Origin: Bacteroidales bacterium
GTDB lineage: Bacteria > Bacteroidota > Bacteroidia > Bacteroidales > UBA10428
Assembly (NCBI GenBank): GCA_050287785.1
Contig: JBNKCO010000060.1
Span: 108,482 to 172,481 of the forward strand
Direction: 5' to 3'
Length of the DNA: 64,000 bases
Every line of letters begins with the position of its first letter. The first letter of the stretch is position 1. The position numbers were made by a program, and so were the translations under genes. The notes beneath the pieces are model-generated. The model saw only the letters and a program-made list of their open reading frames with translations, did no database searches and had not been told where the DNA came from. Positions 43,304 to 51,831 of the stretch are shown here, piece after piece.

Positions 43304-45658
43304 CTAAAATTCTATTTTATAGCTTACGCTTGGAAATATAATTCTCAATTTTTCTTCAATTACTTCTCCTTTTTTGTAATCATATAAATATCCGTAATGC
43401 TCTTCTCTTCCTAGTAAGTTTAAAACCTGTATTGACCAAATACTTGCATGTTTTCTTTTATTAATGCGATAATTTATAGTAGTATTAACACGGTAAACAT
43501 TCGGAGATTGAACAGTAAAAGGTTGAGAGTAATCATACAAAACTTCATCTCCTTTTTGATACGGATAATCGTTGATTACAGGAGCTTCCCACCGGCCTCC
43601 ATACAAATTAAGCCTACCGCTGACACTTAATATTTTATTTTTATTTGCACCAAGTATCCATTCTTTACCAAATAAAAGATTAAATACAAAATGATTATTA
43701 TACCTGGTATTACGTTCGATATTATCACCACCTACATATTTTGATTCAAACAATGAAGTGGTAAATAAATAATAATATCCATTCTCCAGGAAACGTTCCA
43801 ATGTTATATCAATACCATAATTTGTTCCTGTACCTTTATTTGTTAATTTCTCGGTAAAAAACCAGTCAGTTTCAAGATTTATGGTTGAATAACTACTATC
43901 CGGGATTACCGGCACATCACATAAATACTGATAATAAGGTTCAATTTTTAATCTTAAATAAGGATTAAAACTAATATCGTATGAAAATACAATATGATGT
44001 GCTTTTGTTGTTCTTAATTCCTTATTTGGATTTGTAACTTCATTGTTTTCCAAAACTTCCGAGAAATAAATATATAAGGGTTCAAGGCGGCTATGCTTAC
44101 CGTAAGCAACGCTTACCGATTGTTTATTGGAGATATTGTATGTTAGTCCCATTCTTGGTTCAAAAACAAACTCTTTATTAAAATCCAGGTACAGACTATG
44201 GAAGCCCATATTTAAAGTAAAGCTTTGATTCAGGTTAAAGTGTGATTGTGAAAAAAAGTTATAGTTCATCGTAGATACTTTCTTATCCACCACTGTTTGA
44301 AGTTCGTCTCCTATTTGAGAGGTATATTTCAGACATAAGTCGTTATTCAGATTATTAACGATGAAGCCTGTCCGGTTTGAATGTTTTGCATTGAATTTAT
44401 GATTAAGTACCGACGTGAAGGTTACTTTATAATTCGTATTATCAATATGATGAATTTTATATGGGGTCAAATTATAATCCACATAACTTTTGTCCCAGCG
44501 TATATAATCACTTGTTATTGCAGCCGAAGAATGAAGATATGTTTTTTTTCCAACTACATACTTGTGGTTTAAACCAGCCGCACCTATCCGGAATACTGCA
44601 TTTGATAGTTCCTGGTCGACTGCATTACTCCATTCTATAGTGTCATTGTCAACATTAAAATCCAATTTATCATCAGAGGCCAGTCCCCAAAAAGAAAAAA
44701 TACCTGCCTTTTTTGTAGGGATATTAATTTTCATATTAAGATCCTGATATATTGGAATTTCATAATCGGGCAACACGTGTTGTACAAGGGCAAAGGTTGA
44801 ATAGCGGTAATTGAAAAGATAAGAAGCCCCTGAATTCTTTTTTAATGGTCCTTCGGACGAAAAATCAATACCCAGTGTCCCAATCTGAAAGGCATGTTCA
44901 TAATTTTCATTGTTGCCGGTTCGAAGCTTTAGGTCAAATACACCAGACATGGCATTTCCATATTCAGCAGGGTATGCTCCAGTGAAAAAATCGGAATTTG
45001 ACAACATCAAGTTGCTAATGGCACATATTGAACCACCTCCTGCAGCAATAAACCCGGCAAAATGATTAGGATTTGAAATTTCTATGCCCTCTAACCTCCA
45101 AAGCAGGCCTTTTGGGGCATTACCCCTGATAACTATTCCGTTGTCATTTAAATCACCAGTAGTAATTCCTGCAAAAGAAGAAGCTAAACGTGAAGGGTCG
45201 TCTAATCCCCCGGCATACCGTTGAGTTTCTTCAACTGAAAAGGTGCGGGCGCTTAGGGTCGACATATTGTTTATTGGTTTATCTTTTTTTGTAAAAGCTT
45301 TCACAACAACTTCTTCCATTTTAGAAATTTTTTCTTTCATCTTAATTGTTAATACTGTCTCTTTACCAGTTGAAACCATGAGTTCAGGTATTATAACAGT
45401 TTCATAACCTAAAAATGAAACTTGAATATTGTGCCTGCCAACAGGTATTTGTTCTAATCTAAAATTACCTTCTGTATCTGACATTGTTCCTATCATTGGT
45501 TCGGATGTAATATCCGCAATAGTAGCATAAGCGATTGGAGTCTGAGTTTCAGCATCAACAACTTTCCCACGAACTACTTGTGTCAATTCTTGTGCATTTG
45601 AAATAATATTTACCGTAAAAAATACTAATATGACTAAAAATATTTTTTGTATTTTCAT
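43304..45658 (-). CDS. TonB-dependent receptor-like outer-membrane protein (CarboxypepD_reg + plug + barrel)
   Basis: 784 aa with a signal peptide, the CarboxypepD_reg segment VRGKVVDAETQTPIAYATI, the plug segment FSVEETQRYAGGLDDPSRLASSFAG..IRGN and the terminal SYKIEF. It is a clear paralogue of residues 285-1067 of the 48558 ORF. Confidence 0.88.
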   Translation of the reverse strand: MKIQKIFLVILVFFTVNIISNAQELTQVVRGKVVDAETQTPIAYATIADITSEPMIGTMSDTEGNFRLEQIPVGRHNIQVSFLGYETVIIPELMVSTGKETVLTIKMKEKISKMEEVVVKAFTKKDKPINNMSTLSARTFSVEETQRYAGGLDDPSRLASSFAGITTGDLNDNGIVIRGNAPKGLLWRLEGIEISNPNHFAGFIAAGGGSICAISNLMLSNSDFFTGAYPAEYGNAMSGVFDLKLRTGNNENYEHAFQIGTLGIDFSSEGPLKKNSGASYLFNYRYSTFALVQHVLPDYEIPIYQDLNMKINIPTKKAGIFSFWGLASDDKLDFNVDNDTIEWSNAVDQELSNAVFRIGAAGLNHKYVVGKKTYLHSSAAITSDYIRWDKSYVDYNLTPYKIHHIDNTNYKVTFTSVLNHKFNAKHSNRTGFIVNNLNNDLCLKYTSQIGDELQTVVDKKVSTMNYNFFSQSHFNLNQSFTLNMGFHSLYLDFNKEFVFEPRMGLTYNISNKQSVSVAYGKHSRLEPLYIYFSEVLENNEVTNPNKELRTTKAHHIVFSYDISFNPYLRLKIEPYYQYLCDVPVIPDSSYSTINLETDWFFTEKLTNKGTGTNYGIDITLERFLENGYYYLFTTSLFESKYVGGDNIERNTRYNNHFVFNLLFGKEWILGANKNKILSVSGRLNLYGGRWEAPVINDYPYQKGDEVLYDYSQPFTVQSPNVYRVNTTINYRINKRKHASIWSIQVLNLLGREEHYGYLYDYKKGEVIEEKLRIIFPSVSYKIEF

Positions 45659-46066
45659 TTCTCTCTATTTAAGTTTTTCATAAAGACAAAAGAAAAAAAC
45701 AGGGGTTGCAATCTAACTGATTAATTAACAAATGTTTGTTTGAATTTTATGTGTCTGAAATTACTTAAATAATTATTAATATGACTATTGAAGATATATG
45801 GTAAGCTTTTTAATTATAATCTAATTAGTAAAACATAGGTAAAGAATGTAAATATATGAAGATGAATGGTATAGTAGGGGTTGAAACACTCTTGCTTTCC
45901 GTTGTCAATCATCTTATTTGTCTTTTTATCGGTTAAGTTTCATTGTTGAACGATCGCTCTTTTGTTTATGTCTAACGGCTTGCGTGTCAAGCGTTGGGTA
46001 TTTCAAAGCACTTCATTTTCAAATCGTTGTAGAAACTAATTATACAGGACCAGAGGATTTGGAGAC

Positions 46067-46163
46067 AGTAAACGAGGGTTTATTGAGACATTTTAAAGTA
46101 CTGTTTATATACTTAGGTATGTGAAAAAACAGTACTTTTAATACACATATAAACAAGTTAGGT
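46067..46163 (+). repeat. attC-like imperfect palindrome (97 nt)
   Basis: It begins AGTAAAC and ends GTTAGGT, a perfect GTTRRRY. The arms GGGTTTATTGAGACATTTTAAAGTACTGTTT and AAACAGTACTTTTAATACACATATAAACAA are largely complementary. It ends 34 nt before the next ORF. Confidence 0.5.
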
Positions 46164-46197
46164 GTCAGCTAAATGTCCTACAAACAAACAGACGTGA

Positions 46198-46884
46198 ATG
46201 TTAAAAAAAAGGAAAATAAAAGAAGAAAGACTTAACAAATTCGTAGCAAATCTTAATGCTCAGATTGGACAAAATTATAATGTGATAAAAGATATATTCA
46301 ATAATGAATATGGTTATCCAGAGCTTGACCCGATAAGAGATGAAATTTGTAAATGTATAATTTGTGGACTTGCACAAGCAGCAATGACTTTGACAAATCA
46401 CTTACTTGAATCTTCCTTGAAAAAGTGTTTAGCAATGAGATTCTCGATAGAAAACAAAAAAGACACAACTGAATTGACTGATGTTTTTAAAAATGGAATT
46501 GACTTTTATGATGATAAATTTTTAGATGAAACAATAAATCGGGCATGTTCACAAGGACTAATTACAAAAGAACAAAAAAAGACTTTTAAAAAATTTAAAG
46601 ACGATTTTAGAAATCCTTATTTGCATGCATCTACAAATAAAATATTCAAAGATAAAAAAGTAAAAGGTGCTGTTGTTTCAATGACAGAAAGGGAGAAAGA
46701 AAATCCAGAGAAATTTATTAAAAGACTTTTTCAAATTGAGACTAAAGAATTGCCAATTAAAGCAATTCTTCCCGTACACGGAATGGCTCAAGTTGACATT
46801 GCGAGAGAGAATCTTTTACCATATTTCTCAGAAGTAGATAAAACGATTAGAGAAATGCTAAAACAATTAAAACCGAACAGCTAA
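46198..46884 (+). CDS. Hypothetical all-alpha protein with an Rx4H (HEPN-like) motif
   Basis: 228 aa with no signal peptide. It has a single RNPYLH motif (46609-46626) in a predicted helical context. The stop codon lies inside the AGCTAAC box of the downstream palindrome. Confidence 0.7.
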   Translation: MLKKRKIKEERLNKFVANLNAQIGQNYNVIKDIFNNEYGYPELDPIRDEICKCIICGLAQAAMTLTNHLLESSLKKCLAMRFSIENKKDTTELTDVFKNGIDFYDDKFLDETINRACSQGLITKEQKKTFKKFKDDFRNPYLHASTNKIFKDKKVKGAVVSMTEREKENPEKFIKRLFQIETKELPIKAILPVHGMAQVDIARENLLPYFSEVDKTIREMLKQLKPNS

Positions 46885-47010
46885 CACTTTGTAAATTGCA
46901 TTGCGGTGTCGGTGCAGGTTGTCGCTTAGAATTCCCGCATAATTGTTTTCGTCCTGTGGACGGACAATCACCCGAAATTCGCAACGACAATTTACAATTT
47001 ACCGTTGTGT
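46879..47010 (+). repeat. attC-like imperfect palindrome (132 nt)
   Basis: It starts AGCTAAC (overlapping the stop codon) and ends GTTGTGT. The box TGTAAATTG pairs with CAATTTACA, TTGTCG with CGACAA, and GAATT with AATTC. There is a central hairpin CGTCC-TGT-GGACG. Confidence 0.45.
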
Positions 47011-47253
47011 GGCATGCAAATTCGCAACTAACAATAACTTATGGACTTTAAAGACACAAAAAATCATATTGACCATGTAATGAACCTGCAGAACAATCAC
47101 AATTTGCGATGAATGTATTAGAATATTATAAAACTGATAAACAGAATTAACCGATATGTTAATAGAATTAAGAATTCCAATTATTAGTATCTTTAGAAAG
47201 AGATTTTAAAGCATATTAAATTAATAAACCCGATTACAAGCAGATAATTAGAT

Positions 47254-48369
47254 ATGATTTTTGTATTAAATATTGGTATAGTACTATCTTTCTTTTTAGG
47301 TATCCTTTTATTTTCTAAAAAGGACAAAGTCCTCACCGATAATATTTTATCGGTTTGGTTGGTTACTATTGGTATTCATTTAACAGGCTATTTTTTAAAT
47401 TACAAAGGGTATTGGGAAATTTATCCGCACCTAATTGGAATAACTGCACCTATTCCATTTTTATACGGCCCATTTTTGTACCTCTATGTTTTGTATTCGA
47501 TAAAAAATAAAACCCACTTGCTGAAAACAGATTATTTGCACTTTGCACCTGCATTGATCTCTTATTTGTACATGATACCATTTTATTTTTTTTATTCAGC
47601 TGATGAAAAAGTCCAGGTTGACAAAGGTTTGAGTAATGATTATAGTGTTTTTTCTGTTATTATGCTCATTGGCTTTATGTTGTCGGGAATAAGCTACTCG
47701 GTTTTGGCTTACCGAAAACTTGTACTACGTGAAAAAGTGGTGGAAGAAAATTTCTCAAACAGTAACCGCATTAATATGCGTTGGCTACGTTATGCCATTC
47801 TTGGCATTGCCTCCGTTTTTATTACTGCTGCTGTAGTTACTGTTTTGCGCGAAGTGCTTGATTTTCAGTTTCCATTTAATGCCGATATTTTGTTTTATTC
47901 TCTAATTGTAAGCTTTGTGGTTTATGTTGGTTATTCGGGTATACGACAACAGGATTTGTTTTCGAATGCAGACATAAGCGATGAGGAATTGGTGAAAACA
48001 GAAAGTGAGTATAAAAAATCGAGTTTGAAATTGGATAGGGCCACAAAGAAACACAATGAATTGGTAGCGTTGATGGAAAAGGAAAAACCTTATTTAAATC
48101 CCAGGTTAACATTGATTGAATTGGCCAAAAGCCTAAGCCTATCGCCCAATCATTTGTCACAAATAATTAATCAATACGAGCAGGTTAACTTTCACGACTT
48201 TGTAAATAAATACCGGGTAGAGGAATTTATTCAGCGGGTGCAAAGCAATAAAGACTTCAGTTTATTGGCCCATGCCTTTGACTCCGGATTTAATTCGAAA
48301 ACGACCTTTAACAGCGTTTTTAAAAAAATCAAATCAGTAACCCCTTCTCAATATTTTGCTGGTTTATAG
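47254..48369 (+). CDS. Membrane-embedded AraC-family transcriptional regulator
   Basis: 371 aa. The N-terminal ~230 aa form 6-7 hydrophobic helices. The C-terminal region is an AraC-type double HTH (LTLIELAKSLSLSPNHLSQIIN...GFNSKTTFNSVFKK). Confidence 0.88.
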   Translation: MIFVLNIGIVLSFFLGILLFSKKDKVLTDNILSVWLVTIGIHLTGYFLNYKGYWEIYPHLIGITAPIPFLYGPFLYLYVLYSIKNKTHLLKTDYLHFAPALISYLYMIPFYFFYSADEKVQVDKGLSNDYSVFSVIMLIGFMLSGISYSVLAYRKLVLREKVVEENFSNSNRINMRWLRYAILGIASVFITAAVVTVLREVLDFQFPFNADILFYSLIVSFVVYVGYSGIRQQDLFSNADISDEELVKTESEYKKSSLKLDRATKKHNELVALMEKEKPYLNPRLTLIELAKSLSLSPNHLSQIINQYEQVNFHDFVNKYRVEEFIQRVQSNKDFSLLAHAFDSGFNSKTTFNSVFKKIKSVTPSQYFAGL

Positions 48370-48494
48370 GTATGGATTTCTATTTACTTCAGAAAAGTTA
48401 AAAAATACCTACAAACATCAACTATCTAATATTTAAGTCTTTGAAAGTACGTTCCTACACGTTCGTACATTAAAAAAGTTCAGTCTTTCACGTT

Positions 48495-48516
48495 AGGGCG
48501 ATGCGCCCTTGTTTTT
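48495..48516 (+). terminator. Compact intrinsic terminator between the AraC gene and the CPBP ORF
   Basis: The stem AGGGCG pairs with CGCCCT around the loop ATG, followed by TGTTTTTG. It ends 42 nt upstream of the 48558 ATG. Confidence 0.55.
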
Positions 48517-48557
48517 GATGAATATTTGCATCGGAAACAATTAATAAACGAGAAAGA

Positions 48558-51500
48558 ATGAACATCAACATTTACAAAAAAACAGGATTGTTCTATGGTT
48601 TAGCAACGCTTATACCATGGACATTATGGTTTATTGCGGGTTACATCAGCCACATTGAAACCGAAAGTTCAATACCACAATTGTGGGCTAGTGTTATAGC
48701 ATTTTTGGGCTTACTGGCCCCGGTCCTTATCACCGTTTTTCTAGCCAGGGGCAATAAGATGTTAACTCATGATTTTAAAAGTCGAATCTTTAATTTTAAA
48801 GGGGTTGATTCAACTTATTTTCTACTAACATTTGTTCTAATGCCATTTAGTATTTTAACGGCGCAAGCAGTATCCCTTTTGTTTGGCTACAGTATGGATC
48901 AATTTCAATTGGCTGAATCTTTTTCTTTTACATCGGGTGTTTTTCCAGTATGGTTTATGCTAATTATTGCTCCTTTATTGGAAGAGTTGGCATGGCATTC
49001 TTATGGCACCGATTCTTTACGTTCGCGATACAATCTGTTCACAACCTCAATGCTTTTTGCCTTATACTGGGGTATTTGGCATATTCCCTTGTCCGGCATC
49101 AATAATTATTACCATAGCAATTTAGTTGAAGAGGGTTGGATATATTCTCTGAATTTCATACTAAGCCTTTTCCCTTTTGTAATTATCATGAACTGGATTT
49201 ATTACAAAGCCAACCGCAATATTATATTACCTATTGTTTTTCACATTGCCGCAGGTTATTTCAATGAAATATTTGCCACACATCCTATGAGTAAAGTGAT
49301 ACAAACCGGCTTATTAATAGTGTTTTCACTTTATATTATTCTAAACGATAAAGAGTTCTTTTTTTCAAAAGAACTAAAAAATGAAAGTAGAAAAAACAAA
49401 TCTGTTAGGATGAGTAAAAGCCTCAACTTCGGAGTTCTGTTTTTATTTCTAAGTATTTTTTTATTCGGATCTTCAAACGAATTATCGGCTCAGGAAGTTA
49501 CCCAAACTATTAAGGGAAAAGTCTTTGACGAAATGACCAATGAAACCTTACCCTTTGCTACAATTGTAGTAAAAGATAGCGATCCATTAATTGGAGTTGT
49601 TTCTGATTTAGATGGAAATTTTGTTTTGCAAAATATAAAAGTAGGACGCCAAAGCCTCTCAATTTCTGTAATGGGTTACTCTACGTATGAAGTTAAAGAA
49701 TTGTTGGTTAGCTCAGGGCAGATCATAGATCTGAATATAGGAATGCAGCAAAGCAGTTCTGAACTAGCCGAAGTAGTAGTTCGCGTAAGCAAAACTTCAC
49801 CACTCAACAGCATGGCCATGCTAAGCAGCCGTCAATTTACGGTTGAGGAAACACAGCGTTATGCTGGTGGTATGGACGATCCTGCACGATTGGTTTCATC
49901 ATTTGCAGGGGTAGCAAATCCCTCAATCAGCGATAACGGCATTTCTGTTCGGGGAAATAACCCTGACGGACTTTTATGGCGCATCGATGGTGTTGAAGTG
50001 CCTAATCCAAACCACTTTGCCAATTTAACCATTGCCGGTGGAGGTTTAATGTCTGCCATTAGTAGCCAAATGATGGGTAATAGTGACTTTTATACCGGTG
50101 CTTTTCCGGCAGAATTCGGAAATGCTTCATCGGGAGTATTCGATATAAAACTACGTGAAGGCAACAATGATAAGCGACAATACGCTTTTGAAGCAGGTAT
50201 ATTAGGTGTAGGTGCCATGGCGCAAGGTCCTTTTAGCAAAAAAACGGATGCTTCATATATTATCAATTACCGCAATTCAACCATGGCGCTTATTGCACCT
50301 CTACTTCCTGATGATGCTGGCGTTTTGAGGTATCAAGACCTCTCGTTTAAAACAAACTTGCCAACAAAAAACATGGGAACATTCACCCTTTGGGGAATTG
50401 GAACATTTGACGGCGTAAACATGAATGCAATTGACAGTATTGATTGGAAATCGAATTTTGACCGTGATAATTCCAAAACTTCCATGTATATGTTTGCAAC
50501 TGCGTTATCACATAAACTCATTTTACCGGGTAATGCTTTTCTAAAAACGACGGTTTCCAGCACAGGCAGTGGATTAAAATTTAAAGAAGAACGTTTGGAC
50601 TATACCTTGCAAGCGCATCCACAATCGAAAGCAGAAAATAACACAAGCCGAATTACAATTCAAAGCGAAGTTACCAAACGCTTTAACGAAAAGCACAGCA
50701 ATAAAACGGGTGTTCGTTATAGCTATCTTGCCTTCGATGTTGATGTTGAACAAGCACTAGCAGAGGGAGCATCTCCTCAACAAATTGCCAGTCAAACGGG
50801 CCAAACCGGATTTGTTCAGTTTTATTCGCAATCGAAAATTGAATTGATGCCTCAACTTTCACTAAATGCAGGCATCAATACCCAATACCTATTGTTGAAT
50901 GATAATTTTTCGATTGAACCTCGTGTTGCATTAAAATACAACATCAACAATAAGCAAAGTATAGCGTTGGCCTATGGTATTCATAGCCGAATAGAGCAAT
51001 TGCCTGTATATTTTGTTTCTGGCAATGGTAGCACACCAAACAGAAGCCTTGATTTCATGAAATCGTCGCACTATGTGCTTTCGTATAGTGCAAAACTTGC
51101 CGACAACTTGCATTTGAGTGTTGAACCTTATTATCAACAATTAAAAGATGTTCCGGTAGGCCTTGATAGCTATATTTCAACCTTGAACAATAACAACACT
51201 CTTTTCTTCAACGAAGTGCTTGTGAGTGAAGGTTCTGGACGAAATATAGGTATTGACCTTACGCTGGAAAAATTTCTGAGCCGAGGCTATTATTATATGG
51301 CAACCGCTTCAGTTTTCGACTCAAAATATACAGCTGCTGATGGTATAGCGCGAAATACCCGATTTAATAAAAACTATGTTTTCAATTTAATGCTGGGAAA
51401 AGAATGGCAAACAATTAAAGATAACATTATTAGCGCCAACATAAAGCTAAACTATTTGGGTGGTAGCCGCATTGAACCTATTGATGATGAAGCTTCAACG

Positions 51501-51761
51501 CAACAAGCTAGTATTGTTTATGGTGAAACTAATGGTGAGTTGGCGTTCAGCAAAAGTCATGATGCAATACCCGTGGTATCGTTTACACTATCCTATCGAA
51601 AAAACAAACCAAAATATTCTTCCGTATGGTCGCTTCAAGTGCTAAATGCCACAGGAAGCAAAGAATACTCAAACGATTTTTACAATATAAAAACAAACAA
51701 AATTGATTCTAAATATGATGGACTGATGATTCCAAATATCAGTTATAAAATTGAATTTTAA
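48558..51761 (+). CDS. Continuous ORF: CPBP (CAAX/Abi) intramembrane protease (aa 1-284) in frame with a TonB-dependent receptor-like protein (aa 285-1067)
   Basis: The N-terminal part carries the CPBP motifs PLLEELAWHSYG, YWGIWHIP and FHIAAGYFNE. The internal ATG at 49410 opens a full signal peptide (MSKSLNFGVLFLFLSIFLFGSSNELSAQE). This is followed by CarboxypepD_reg, plug and barrel, ending in SYKIEF. No stop codon separates the two parts. Confidence 0.8.
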   Translation: MNINIYKKTGLFYGLATLIPWTLWFIAGYISHIETESSIPQLWASVIAFLGLLAPVLITVFLARGNKMLTHDFKSRIFNFKGVDSTYFLLTFVLMPFSILTAQAVSLLFGYSMDQFQLAESFSFTSGVFPVWFMLIIAPLLEELAWHSYGTDSLRSRYNLFTTSMLFALYWGIWHIPLSGINNYYHSNLVEEGWIYSLNFILSLFPFVIIMNWIYYKANRNIILPIVFHIAAGYFNEIFATHPMSKVIQTGLLIVFSLYIILNDKEFFFSKELKNESRKNKSVRMSKSLNFGVLFLFLSIFLFGSSNELSAQEVTQTIKGKVFDEMTNETLPFATIVVKDSDPLIGVVSDLDGNFVLQNIKVGRQSLSISVMGYSTYEVKELLVSSGQIIDLNIGMQQSSSELAEVVVRVSKTSPLNSMAMLSSRQFTVEETQRYAGGMDDPARLVSSFAGVANPSISDNGISVRGNNPDGLLWRIDGVEVPNPNHFANLTIAGGGLMSAISSQMMGNSDFYTGAFPAEFGNASSGVFDIKLREGNNDKRQYAFEAGILGVGAMAQGPFSKKTDASYIINYRNSTMALIAPLLPDDAGVLRYQDLSFKTNLPTKNMGTFTLWGIGTFDGVNMNAIDSIDWKSNFDRDNSKTSMYMFATALSHKLILPGNAFLKTTVSSTGSGLKFKEERLDYTLQAHPQSKAENNTSRITIQSEVTKRFNEKHSNKTGVRYSYLAFDVDVEQALAEGASPQQIASQTGQTGFVQFYSQSKIELMPQLSLNAGINTQYLLLNDNFSIEPRVALKYNINNKQSIALAYGIHSRIEQLPVYFVSGNGSTPNRSLDFMKSSHYVLSYSAKLADNLHLSVEPYYQQLKDVPVGLDSYISTLNNNNTLFFNEVLVSEGSGRNIGIDLTLEKFLSRGYYYMATASVFDSKYTAADGIARNTRFNKNYVFNLMLGKEWQTIKDNIISANIKLNYLGGSRIEPIDDEASTQQASIVYGETNGELAFSKSHDAIPVVSFTLSYRKNKPKYSSVWSLQVLNATGSKEYSNDFYNIKTNKIDSKYDGLMIPNISYKIEF

Positions 51762-51800
51762 TTCACCCCCTTTTCAATCTTGTTGTTTTAGTATCAAATC
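51762..51800 (+). promoter_or_regulatory. Conserved intergenic motif, copy A
   Basis: TTCACCCCCTTTTCAATCTTGTTGTTTTAGTATCAAATC lies directly after the receptor stop codon and 32 nt before the 51832 ATG. It aligns with the copies at 56664 and 59232. Confidence 0.5.
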
Positions 51801-51831
51801 AATTAGATTAATAATTTATAAATAATACAAT

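Noticed and set aside
45970-45999. GTCTAACGGCTTGCGTGTCAAGCGTTGGGT: perfect RYYYAAC and GTTRRRY boxes around a small hairpin with one bulged G
   Set aside because: At 30 nt it is well below the size of known attC sites (roughly 55-140 nt). It may be a remnant or chance, so I have not called it a site. A related string, AGCTAGCGGTTTGCGTAT, occurs at 42979.
45918-46124. 68-aa plus-strand ORF in the gap before the HEPN-like cassette
   Set aside because: It has a non-ATG (TTG) start and no motifs. It runs across the 46067..46163 palindrome, so it is more likely non-coding.
48457-48466. ACACGTTCGT resembles the ARACGTWCGT inverted-repeat core of Bacteroides invertible promoters
   Set aside because: I saw no inverted partner (ACGAACGTGT) within a plausible distance, and no invertase gene is in the window. 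I treated it instead as a possible regulator-binding repeat.
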